DNA from: an uncultured Roseivirgaceae bacterium
GTDB taxonomy: Bacteria > Bacteroidota > Bacteroidia > Cytophagales > Cyclobacteriaceae
Direction of reading: 5' to 3'
Length of the DNA stretch: 64,000 bases
NCBI GenBank assembly: GCA_964350505.1
Contig: CAYGKL010000001.1
Coordinates: forward strand, 13,675-77,674
Made by a program: the position numbers and the translations under genes
The notes under the pieces: model-generated
Told to the model about the DNA's origin: nothing
Seen by the model: only the letters and a program-made list of their open reading frames with translations
Databases searched by the model: none
Shown: piece by piece, positions 50,289 to 58,545 of the stretch
Layout: the number at the start of each line of letters is the position of its first letter
How positions within the stretch are numbered: position 1 is the first letter of the stretch

Positions 50289-51137
50289 ATGAAAAGATTA
50301 ACACTTAGCTTAATTGCATTTTTTGCTTGCGCACTAGCTGTGGCACAAATACAAATGCCTCCTGCGAGCCCTACTTTTGAATTAAAAGGTACCATAGGCC
50401 TGTCCGAGGTAAAAGTTGTTTACTCTCGACCAAGTGCTAGAGGAAGAGATGTAGCAGGTGAGCTTATCCCCTACAATGAAGTATGGAGAACAGGTGCTAA
50501 TGCATCCACGAAAATAACCTTTAGTGATGATGTGCTTCTAGACGGTAATCCAGTAGCCGCTGGTGAATATGCCCTCTATACCGAATTCACCGAAGAAGAA
50601 GCCACTATCATACTCAGCAAAAATTTGGGTTGGTGGGGAGCAATTGGTTACGATGCAAAAGATGATGTACTCAGATTTAAGGTACCTGTTAAGCATCCAA
50701 GCAGTCATTATGAAACCTTCACTATCAGTTTCTCAGACTTCACTATGAGTTCTGCCAACCTGAATATGAAATGGGAACATACCAAAGCCATGTTTAAGAT
50801 TGAAAGTAAGGTGGATGATGTAGTAATGGCTCAGATCAAAGAGCAAGTTATTGACAATACACCGATGAACACTGGCATCTATTTTCAAGCAGCTGGTTAT
50901 TACTACGATACAGAAAGAGACTCTGATATGGCGCTTGGCTGGGTAAATAAGGCAATAGAGGGTTCAAATCAGAAAGAATATTGGGTGGTTCACCTGAAAG
51001 CTAAATTATTAGCTCGCTTAGGTAAAAAGTCAGAAGCTAAAACTGCTGCTCAAGAATCTATGAAGTTAGCAGAGGCTGGCGGCAACCCTGATTATGTAAG
51101 ACTAAACGAGAAGTTGATCGCCAGTTTGAACGACTAA
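50289..51137 (+). CDS. DUF2911-domain protein with C-terminal TPR-like helices
   Basis: ASP, YSRPSARGR and WRTGAN motifs; helical C-terminal extension. ATG 50289 is preferred. Confidence 0.88.
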   Translation: MKRLTLSLIAFFACALAVAQIQMPPASPTFELKGTIGLSEVKVVYSRPSARGRDVAGELIPYNEVWRTGANASTKITFSDDVLLDGNPVAAGEYALYTEFTEEEATIILSKNLGWWGAIGYDAKDDVLRFKVPVKHPSSHYETFTISFSDFTMSSANLNMKWEHTKAMFKIESKVDDVVMAQIKEQVIDNTPMNTGIYFQAAGYYYDTERDSDMALGWVNKAIEGSNQKEYWVVHLKAKLLARLGKKSEAKTAAQESMKLAEAGGNPDYVRLNEKLIASLND

Positions 51138-51156
51138 TAGGCTCTCACAAAGCAAT

Positions 51157-51195
51157 AAGGCCACTCTAGAATCATTTATCTAGAGTGGCTTTTTA
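51157..51195. terminator. Bidirectional intrinsic terminator between convergent genes
   Basis: GCCACTCTAGA(51160-51170)/TCTAGAGTGGC(51179-51189), flanked by A-rich and T-rich tails. Confidence 0.8.
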
Positions 51196-51200
51196 GTTGC

Positions 51201-51620
51201 TCAAAAATCTGGTGGTTTTCGCATCGACTTCTTTTCGGAAAGTTTCTTCTTCCCATCTATTCTTTTCTTGATAGCTGCTTTTGAGGGTTTTGTTTTCTTG
51301 CGAGGTTTAGGTTCGGTAAAAGCCTTCTCAAGTGCTTGAAAAAACAGTTTTACCGCCAACTCTTTATTCTTCAATTGACTTCGGTGTGTTTCAGCACTAA
51401 AGAGCACATCACCTTCATTCGTGAGCTTACTCGACCATTTCTTTTGGAGTCTCTCCTTTTCTTCATCAGAAAGTAAAAGGGAACTATTAACGTTGAACCT
51501 TAAGGTAACCCGTGTCTCTAGTTTATTGACATTCTGCCCACCCGGCCCCGAACTCCTTGAGGTTTGGAACTGAAATTCGGTATAGAAATCTCTAGACGCT
51601 ATTTCTCGGACATTGAACAT
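51201..51620 (-). CDS. arfB: Alternative ribosome rescue peptidyl-tRNA hydrolase ArfB
   Basis: SRSSGPGGQNVNK, RSQLKN and a basic C-terminal tail. Confidence 0.95.
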   Translation of the reverse strand: MFNVREIASRDFYTEFQFQTSRSSGPGGQNVNKLETRVTLRFNVNSSLLLSDEEKERLQKKWSSKLTNEGDVLFSAETHRSQLKNKELAVKLFFQALEKAFTEPKPRKKTKPSKAAIKKRIDGKKKLSEKKSMRKPPDF

Positions 51621-51670
51621 TATTCAAAGATTGAAGAAAAAACATAAGCTTCAACCTAAGGGCTAAAGAA

Positions 51671-52105
51671 TTAGAACAAACTGGTTTGAAAACCTACTTT
51701 GGTATTAAAGCTTCTGTTTACCCTTAGTCTATCCTGGATTTCCAACCGGCTAGTTCTTAAAGGTCGTTTCACTTCTCTTGAATGCGTATAGTATTTTAAC
51801 ACCAATTCGCTTTCTAAATCAAGTAAACGAGCAAATTCGAAAACAGCTTCAGACTGATTAGGAAGACTCTTAATTTTCGATTTTAAACCTTCAATAATGT
51901 TTAGGAGGTTTTCTATATCACTCTGTGACTGAGAATCCTGACTCTTTCCTGACACAATATTGGGAATGCCCAAAGCCATGATATTTACCTCGTGCAATAG
52001 TTGAGTGACATTATCATCCTCACATTGCCTCTCCAAATCAGAAGCTTTAGAAGCGAGCCTTATGCTTTGCTCCAACACTTTAAAGTTTACCATGCTTTTC
52101 ATCAT
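51671..52105 (-). CDS. Hypothetical helical protein ending in QTSLF
   Basis: 144-aa ORF, amphipathic helices, C-terminal beta-clamp-like pentapeptide. Confidence 0.6.
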   Translation of the reverse strand: MMKSMVNFKVLEQSIRLASKASDLERQCEDDNVTQLLHEVNIMALGIPNIVSGKSQDSQSQSDIENLLNIIEGLKSKIKSLPNQSEAVFEFARLLDLESELVLKYYTHSREVKRPLRTSRLEIQDRLRVNRSFNTKVGFQTSLF

Positions 52106-52157
52106 TCAATTACTTTTACCTTTCACATCAATTATTCCGTATCATTATCTTATTCAA

Positions 52158-52257
52158 AACCCTTAAAACTCTCCGCAACCGTTGGCTGCGGAAAGCGTCA
52201 GTAATAACTGACAGGGTTGTCTAAATCGGAGGCCGATGAAGAGCACCGTCCATGCTC
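52158..52257 (-). ncRNA. Candidate structured RNA (three-way junction plus two hairpins)
   Basis: GC-rich intergenic island with five helices. Two A-C mismatches on the + strand become G-U pairs on the minus strand. Confidence 0.45.
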
Positions 52258-52295
52258 CAAACATTCACCTAAACACCATCAACTCTCCAATGTCT

Positions 52296-52904
52296 TTAAT
52301 AGAATCCCATCAACTCATTCTCTCCTCTAGCCAGCGGAATTGCTGCCAAATTCTCCCAAGTTGTATAAGGAGCCTTTCTTTTGAGGAGGTGTAAACGAGA
52401 CACTCTAAAATTATTAGTATATGCTTTAGCCTTGTAATCTGTTACTGCATTCAAAAACTGCAACGGAGTTAAGTCCTGCCCCACATTCATTACTGGCCTA
52501 AAATTTTTGTTCAAAAAAGCGAGTGATACTAATTGCTTAAAAAGGCACAACCTTAACTGATGGTAAACATCTGTCAATGACTCCTTATTCAGAATATCTA
52601 TATAAACAGATCTATGGGCTGTATCGAATTCAAAACCATTCAAAAAGACCTCAAATCCATTGATTGAGTTCAATGTTTTATCGATACAGTCAATCACTTT
52701 AGCCTCTCTATCTTCTGTCTGAAAGAAAGATATCAGCCTAATATGAGCACAGGAATTCTGGCCAGGGTAAGCACCATACTTATGAAAAAACTCCTTCTTG
52801 AAATCTTTAATCTCTTGATTGATCTCCGCATAAGGCAAGGCAATGATCAGGTACTCTGACAATGCTCTTCCAGCAAACAAGTTCATGGGTTTATTCATTA
52901 GCAT
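52296..52904 (-). CDS. 2H-phosphoesterase (2'-5' RNA ligase-like) fold protein with degenerate motifs
   Basis: YLIIALP, AHIRLISF (motif 1), F.V.L.GF..F, FRPVMNVG (motif 2 position) and F.V..L.LLK. Confidence 0.7.
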   Translation of the reverse strand: MLMNKPMNLFAGRALSEYLIIALPYAEINQEIKDFKKEFFHKYGAYPGQNSCAHIRLISFFQTEDREAKVIDCIDKTLNSINGFEVFLNGFEFDTAHRSVYIDILNKESLTDVYHQLRLCLFKQLVSLAFLNKNFRPVMNVGQDLTPLQFLNAVTDYKAKAYTNNFRVSRLHLLKRKAPYTTWENLAAIPLARGENELMGFY

Positions 52905-52914
52905 GATTCAAATG

Positions 52915-52953
52915 TACTAAATTTTTTAGTATTTAAAACTATATATTTTAGTA
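52915..52953. promoter_or_regulatory. Tandem TACTAAA-N3-TTTAGTA palindromes (probable repressor operator)
   Basis: Perfect copy at 52915-52931; degenerate AACTATA-TAT-TTTAGTA at 52937-52953; weaker copy at 53101-53117. Confidence 0.55.
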
Positions 52954-53154
52954 TTTGATTTAAAAGCCGAATAACCACCCTATATCCAATAAAAAGGCAT
53001 TTTTATGAAAATGAGGGTAATGAATTATTCAAACTGACATCAGAGAAAGCTGCCAGCTGGAACATAGAAAAGAAAAGTGAGTGGTAGCGAGAGTTGCTAA
53101 ATCTAAAATTATTAGTATTTACTTTAAGCGATTACTAAACCAAGAAGAACACCC

Positions 53155-54204
53155 TCAAACAATAGCCTTACGAGCCTCTTTAAACTGCTTGAAGGCCAAG
53201 GCATATGAATCACTTCTTAGAGAAAGCATATTTTGAAACTGAAGGAGTAATTTATAGGGTTGAAATGTGGCTTTATCGAAAACTGAATTTGAGACCCCAA
53301 GCATTTCTGCCACTTGATCACCCAGCAAATAAGCAACCAACGCATTACTTTGTCCTTTTAGAGGGGAATCAAAAGTGGCCTTTTCAAAATAATTAAGTAG
53401 AGATTTAGTCAATCTCCTCCCCGATTCGCTTGTTTTAAATTGCCTTTCGCGAATGTTACGCTCTAAGACATATGCCGCCTTATTGTTCTCAGGCAAAAGA
53501 GACCTGTCCAGGCCTAATAACTTTCCAATCTGATTCCAGTAGTTCACATAATAAAAGGCCTCTTCTGAACTTACTTTTTTACCCAGCTTTTTCAGACCAC
53601 GAATAACAATGAGTGAAAAGGCCAAATTAGTACCAGCCATATCTTCTTGATTGACGGGTTCTCCTAATGCTTTTGTATCCCAAGAAGTCATGTTTTTAGC
53701 ATACCATCGGGTTGCAGCATGCATAAGTCGCACTTTGAAGATACTAACGACAGCCTTGCCATCAGCTTGGAATGCGTTCTCACTAGTTACATCAAAAACA
53801 AATTCAGCCGTCTCTAAAAGTCTCTTTTCGGGGTTTTCTAATATTTGCTTAGACCGAATAAGTACCTCAGCTCCATTAGCTGCTGCATAACAATAAGGCA
53901 AGGAAAGCATGCCCAACAAAAGCATAATATCTGAAGCATGCTGACTAAAGAACATCTGCCCTTTATCAAGTGCTTCTTTTGGTAATTGTTTGGCTTCATT
54001 CTGCATGGCATCAAACAGAAGCCTGAGCTCTGGTTTAACTTCCTTTGGAAGTCGATCGGAGTTTTTCGATAAGCCAGTCATCTCTTCAAACAACTGATGC
54101 TTATTGAGTGGAAAATAAGCTGCAATGACATTGTCAGCCAATGGGTCTATCTCCATTCTGGAGGTTACCAATTTTAACTTTGAGATACTTTGATAACTAC
54201 TCAT
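53155..54204 (-). CDS. MpaB/rubber-oxygenase-like (DUF2236) protein
   Basis: SLPYCYAA, RLLET..F, KVRLMHAATR and PVNQEDMAGTNLAFS motifs. Confidence 0.85.
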   Translation of the reverse strand: MSSYQSISKLKLVTSRMEIDPLADNVIAAYFPLNKHQLFEEMTGLSKNSDRLPKEVKPELRLLFDAMQNEAKQLPKEALDKGQMFFSQHASDIMLLLGMLSLPYCYAAANGAEVLIRSKQILENPEKRLLETAEFVFDVTSENAFQADGKAVVSIFKVRLMHAATRWYAKNMTSWDTKALGEPVNQEDMAGTNLAFSLIVIRGLKKLGKKVSSEEAFYYVNYWNQIGKLLGLDRSLLPENNKAAYVLERNIRERQFKTSESGRRLTKSLLNYFEKATFDSPLKGQSNALVAYLLGDQVAEMLGVSNSVFDKATFQPYKLLLQFQNMLSLRSDSYALAFKQFKEARKAIV

Positions 54205-54305
54205 CCTTGTTGAAACCTAATTCTGATTTCAAAGTTTAAAATTCCTTTCATTTCAAATGAAAACATAAATCACTATTTTCCACATTATTACTTTAAACTT
54301 CTCAT

Positions 54306-55181
54306 ATGAAACAACTCCTAAGTCTTCTATTTTTATCATTTTTAGGTATATCCCTTTTTGCTCAAAGTACTCCTCCAAGCACTGATATTCATGTTTTTGA
54401 ATTGAAGGAAAAGAAGGGAAAAATCACTATTTCGAAAGGAAAGAACATTACGAATCGGACTGGATACGACAACCAACCCTCCTTCTTTAATAATGATTAT
54501 ATCCTTTACACTGCTTCTCAAGCCACAGGTCAAACTGATATTATGATTTATGACCTTTATGAAGAAGATGCTAGAAACCTTACCAATTCAAAGGATAGTG
54601 AATATTCAGCCACACCCATACCCGGATATAACTCTTTTGCCGTGGTGCGAGTAGAAGAAGACAACAGCCAAAGACTCTGGATGTATCAGATGGATGGAAA
54701 AACTGCTCCAAAATTGATTTTCGAGAAGATTCAACCTGTTGGCTATTTCGCAATTGTAGATCAGGACGTTCTAATGTTTGTGTTAGGTCAACCTGCAACT
54801 TTAGTATTAGCAAACATGAATGTAGTAGATGATGATATCATCACAAGTAATATAGCCAGAACCATTCGAGCCATTCCAGGCACAAAGGAATTCACCTTTG
54901 AAAGAAGAGAAGAGGATGGTTCAAACTTTATTTACCGTTTAGAACGCACCAAAAATGAATTCAGCAAAGTGGTAAAAAAGCCTGCTAACTCTGTTGATTG
55001 GACAATTACCCAAGAAGGCACTTACATTACAAGTGTAGGTTCTAAACTATTGGCTTTCAATCCGAAGCAACATTCAGATTGGCAAGAAATCACAGATCTA
55101 GGATCAGTTGGTGCCAAAGGCATTACAAGATTAGCTGTGAGCCAAAAGAATGATAAGCTGGCAATTGTGATCAACAACTAG
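54306..55181 (+). CDS. Exported beta-propeller (TolB-like) protein
   Basis: Signal peptide; GYDNQPSF, SEYSATP and ITRLAVS repeats. Confidence 0.7.
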   Translation: MKQLLSLLFLSFLGISLFAQSTPPSTDIHVFELKEKKGKITISKGKNITNRTGYDNQPSFFNNDYILYTASQATGQTDIMIYDLYEEDARNLTNSKDSEYSATPIPGYNSFAVVRVEEDNSQRLWMYQMDGKTAPKLIFEKIQPVGYFAIVDQDVLMFVLGQPATLVLANMNVVDDDIITSNIARTIRAIPGTKEFTFERREEDGSNFIYRLERTKNEFSKVVKKPANSVDWTITQEGTYITSVGSKLLAFNPKQHSDWQEITDLGSVGAKGITRLAVSQKNDKLAIVINN

Positions 55182-55320
55182 AACGAAATCACTTTTTTGT
55201 CTCAAAACTATTTCACAATTTCAGGCTGATTTTTGATTCTTGACAAGTGTAAAAGATGATTTAATCGTATTATTGCTTTTCATTTGAATAAGATATCCTA
55301 ACCATATCAATAAAGTAGCT

Positions 55321-56376
55321 ATGTTCAAAACGTACACTTTCCCCAGTGTTATTGAAGGAAACAACACCGATTTAAGAAATGTATCTCCAGACCTTATTAA
55401 CGGTTTGAAAATATACCACAACAATGAAGGCTATGTCATCGGAAACTTGGCATTAACTGAAGGAGTTTCTCCACACAGAAATATCAACAGTGCGCCCGAT
55501 GAATTAGACTACAACCTACTCTTGAAGTCAGGCTTACTTATCGCCAACCAGAAGTTGGGCAATCCACTTACCGTTTCAACAGGATTTCCATTCTCCACTT
55601 TTCAGTTGTACAAAGAGCAAGCCACTAACCAAATCAATGCTAACCACATTGTTGATTACGAAGCAGCTACATATGGTGGCGGAGGCCGCAAGAATGTACA
55701 AGTAGAAATTGATGCGGTTCAGGTAATTCCAGAAGTTATTGGTTGTGCCATTGCTTTAAGAAAAGGTAATCAGCAAGTAGACGGAAACTTTTTTGTTATG
55801 TCTTTAGGATATGGTACTCTTGAAGGACTATTGAGCACTGAAGGCGGTATCGTACAAAGAACTTCACTCTCTACTTATGGACTGAGATACGCAGTTAATC
55901 TATTAGAGAAAGAATTGGCGAAGACTTACTACTTGGAGTTAAAAACAGAACATCAGATTGATGTGGCTTTCCAAAAAGGTGTAATCTTCTTAAACAGAAA
56001 AAGAATTGATATCAAGTCAATAAGAGATAAAGTAATTCGTCAATATTATGAGGATGTTGTTTCTCCAGCGATGAGAAAGGCCTTCAATGATAATGATTTT
56101 ACTGTTTCTCATAGAATGTTCCTTGGCGGGGGCGGTGCTTTGTACCCTCAATTAATTGAGTGTTTCAAAGAAGAATTCCAAGATGTATTAGATCTCGAGG
56201 TGGCATTCGAACCCCAAACATTGGCTAGCCGAGGTTACTGCATTAATTCAGCTCAATTGAATGGCGGTGTTAAAGCAAATGCCGTTGGTTTGGATATTGG
56301 AAATGCTACTACCATCATTTCTGTTTATGATGACAATAACGTAATGACTGAATCTTCCATTCCTGCTGAATACTAA
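55321..56376 (+). CDS. ParM/StbA-like actin-fold ATPase, apparently circularly permuted
   Basis: FPS, YVIGNLA, STGFP, connect-1 VIPEVIG, phosphate-2 SLGYGTLE, adenosine LGGGGA and connect-2 PQTLASRGY in the usual order; phosphate-1 GLDIGNATT near the C-terminus. Confidence 0.8.
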   Translation: MFKTYTFPSVIEGNNTDLRNVSPDLINGLKIYHNNEGYVIGNLALTEGVSPHRNINSAPDELDYNLLLKSGLLIANQKLGNPLTVSTGFPFSTFQLYKEQATNQINANHIVDYEAATYGGGGRKNVQVEIDAVQVIPEVIGCAIALRKGNQQVDGNFFVMSLGYGTLEGLLSTEGGIVQRTSLSTYGLRYAVNLLEKELAKTYYLELKTEHQIDVAFQKGVIFLNRKRIDIKSIRDKVIRQYYEDVVSPAMRKAFNDNDFTVSHRMFLGGGGALYPQLIECFKEEFQDVLDLEVAFEPQTLASRGYCINSAQLNGGVKANAVGLDIGNATTIISVYDDNNVMTESSIPAEY

Positions 56377-56846
56377 TGAGTAAAAAACCGGAAATAGCTA
56401 ACAATCCGTCTACCTACATTACCCAAATCCGTGAGGGCTCGGTGATCTCCGGTAATATGAAATCTGAGCATAGCATTCGTGTAGATGGATTTGTAACAGG
56501 CGATCTGATCTCTGGGGAAAAAATCATAATTGGTAGTCATGCTGAAATTGGAGGAAACTTAAGTGGTTCAGATATTACCATTGAAGGCTACGTGAATGGC
56601 GATGTGCTTTCAAACGGACATTTGCACCTCACTCAAAACGCACGAATATTTGGTAAAATCTACGCCAAGAAGATTTCGGTTGATAATGGTGCTGAAATGA
56701 ACGGTAAAGTAACCGTTGGTGAATCTGTTGAAATGCCAGAACTTAATTCCAGCTCTCCATCAAGGTCTTCTAAGGATGTTAATATTAACCGCAATAGGAA
56801 CAATTCAACCGAACAAAAAGACAGTTACGGTTCTGTTGCTTGGTAA
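56376..56846 (+). CDS. Bactofilin (polymer-forming cytoskeletal protein)
   Basis: I.EG..I.G, IRVDG.V.GD, I.G.V.G and GA..NGK beta-helix repeats; TAATG overlap with the actin-like gene. Confidence 0.93.
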   Translation: MSKKPEIANNPSTYITQIREGSVISGNMKSEHSIRVDGFVTGDLISGEKIIIGSHAEIGGNLSGSDITIEGYVNGDVLSNGHLHLTQNARIFGKIYAKKISVDNGAEMNGKVTVGESVEMPELNSSSPSRSSKDVNINRNRNNSTEQKDSYGSVAW

Positions 56847-57158
56847 CTTTTGAGTGATCGGTTAATCAGTAATTGGAAACCAGGTTAATCTCAATCCTTT
56901 TAATTAGAAAGGGCCTTCAATTAATACTGAAACTTCCGCCAATCATGGTGTCCTCACCATGACCACATAAAAAGCTATATCTACCAATCGGTGAAGACAC
57001 TAATTGTGGCAAATAGGGCCTTAATGTTTTGGAACCTAGACTATTTTCTGATTTCTGTTTTTCGCTATACTATTTACTGACATATAAATCACTTACTTCC
57101 TTTTTAGCTTTTAAGCTCCCCTACCATCTTCTATATTTGCCCACCCAAAAACGTTACC

Positions 57159-58445
57159 ATGAGCAATAGTTTAATTCAAGAGTTACAGTGGAGAGGCATG
57201 ATTCACGACATCATGCCCGGAGCCGAAGATCAGCTAAGTAAAGAAATCACTACAGGATATGTAGGCTTCGACCCAACTGCAGACTCTCTTCACATTGGTA
57301 ACCTTGTTCCGGTAATGCTTTTGGTTCATTTACAAAGAGCGGGGCACAAACCTGTTGCTTTGGTTGGTGGTGCTACAGGAATGGTGGGAGATCCGTCAGG
57401 GAAATCTGCAGAAAGAAATCTGCTCGACTTAGACACACTCAACCATAACCTAAATGCTCAGAAAGAGCAGCTTCAGAAATTTCTGAACTTTGATTGTGGT
57501 GAGAACTCTGCCGAGATTGTTAACAATTATGATTGGTTCAAAGATTTCGGCTTTCTAGAATTCATCAGAGAAGTGGGTAAGCACATTACTGTTAACTACA
57601 TGATGTCTAAGGATTCCGTGAAAAGCAGACTGGAAAGCGGGATGTCTTTTACTGAATTTAGCTACCAACTTATTCAAGGTTTTGACTTCCTTCATCTGTA
57701 CGAAAACCTCAATTGCAAGCTGCAAATGGGCGGTTCAGACCAATGGGGCAACATTGTAACGGGTACTGAGCTCATTCGTAGAAAAGCGCAAGGTGAAGCT
57801 TTTGCCATTACCGCACCTCTCATTAAAAAGGCAGACGGCACCAAGTTCGGAAAATCTGAAGGCGGAAACGTTTGGTTAGATGCTGAAAAAACCTCCCCTT
57901 ACAAATTCTATCAGTACTGGTTAAATACTTCGGATGAAGATGCCAGCAACTTCATTAAGATCTTTACACTATTGCCTAGGGAAGAGATTGAAAGCTTAGA
58001 AAAAGAACATGCAGAAGCGCCACATATGAGGACTCTGCAAAAAGCTTTAGCCGAAGACGTTACAAGAAGAATCCATTCTGAAGAAGACCTTCAGACAGCC
58101 ATAAAAGCTTCGAATATACTTTTCGGTAAATCAACTACAGAAGACTTAGCTTCTCTCAATGAAAGCACACTTCTATCTGTATTCGAAGGAGTTCCTCAAG
58201 TAAACATTTCAAAAGCAGACTTGGCAGAAGCTGAAAACTATATCGATTTATTGAGTACAACCACTCAAGAACAGATATTTGCATCTAAAGGTGAAGCCAG
58301 AAGAATGCTGCAAGGTGGTGGCGTTTCTGTAAATAAAGCTAAGGTAGAAGACATGAATGCTAAACCTGAGTTCAGCTTGCTTCAGGAGAAGTACTTCTTG
58401 GTTCAAAAAGGAAAGAAGAATTACTATCTAGTTTTAGTTGACTAA
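57159..58445 (+). CDS. tyrS: Tyrosine--tRNA ligase
   Basis: [24 protein letters not shown] and KFGKSE motifs; S4-like C-terminus; -7 box TATATTTG at 57132. Confidence 0.98.
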   Translation: MSNSLIQELQWRGMIHDIMPGAEDQLSKEITTGYVGFDPTADSLHIGNLVPVMLLVHLQRAGHKPVALVGGATGMVGDPSGKSAERNLLDLDTLNHNLNAQKEQLQKFLNFDCGENSAEIVNNYDWFKDFGFLEFIREVGKHITVNYMMSKDSVKSRLESGMSFTEFSYQLIQGFDFLHLYENLNCKLQMGGSDQWGNIVTGTELIRRKAQGEAFAITAPLIKKADGTKFGKSEGGNVWLDAEKTSPYKFYQYWLNTSDEDASNFIKIFTLLPREEIESLEKEHAEAPHMRTLQKALAEDVTRRIHSEEDLQTAIKASNILFGKSTTEDLASLNESTLLSVFEGVPQVNISKADLAEAENYIDLLSTTTQEQIFASKGEARRMLQGGGVSVNKAKVEDMNAKPEFSLLQEKYFLVQKGKKNYYLVLVD

Positions 58446-58545
58446 AAGAGTAAATCCTTCCAGCCGCAACTTATCTCTTACCAACAATCATTTTAGGCTT
58501 GTTCGGAAAAGGCTATTCCGCTAAATTCCATCAAACCTTAATGCT

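Noticed and set aside
52225-52265. CCGATGA...stem...CAAAC resembling a hammerhead ribozyme core
   Set aside because: The essential GAAA reads CAAA, CUGAUGA is altered and sequestered in another hairpin, and G-U asymmetry favours the opposite strand.
55182-55320. parC-like centromere upstream of the actin-like gene
   Set aside because: No iterated direct repeats are visible, and no small ParR-like ORF flanks the gene.
56943-56962. Hairpin TCATGGTG-TCCT-CACCATGA between the bactofilin gene and tyrS (terminator or T-box?)
   Set aside because: No U-tract on either strand and no T-box consensus; function unsupported.
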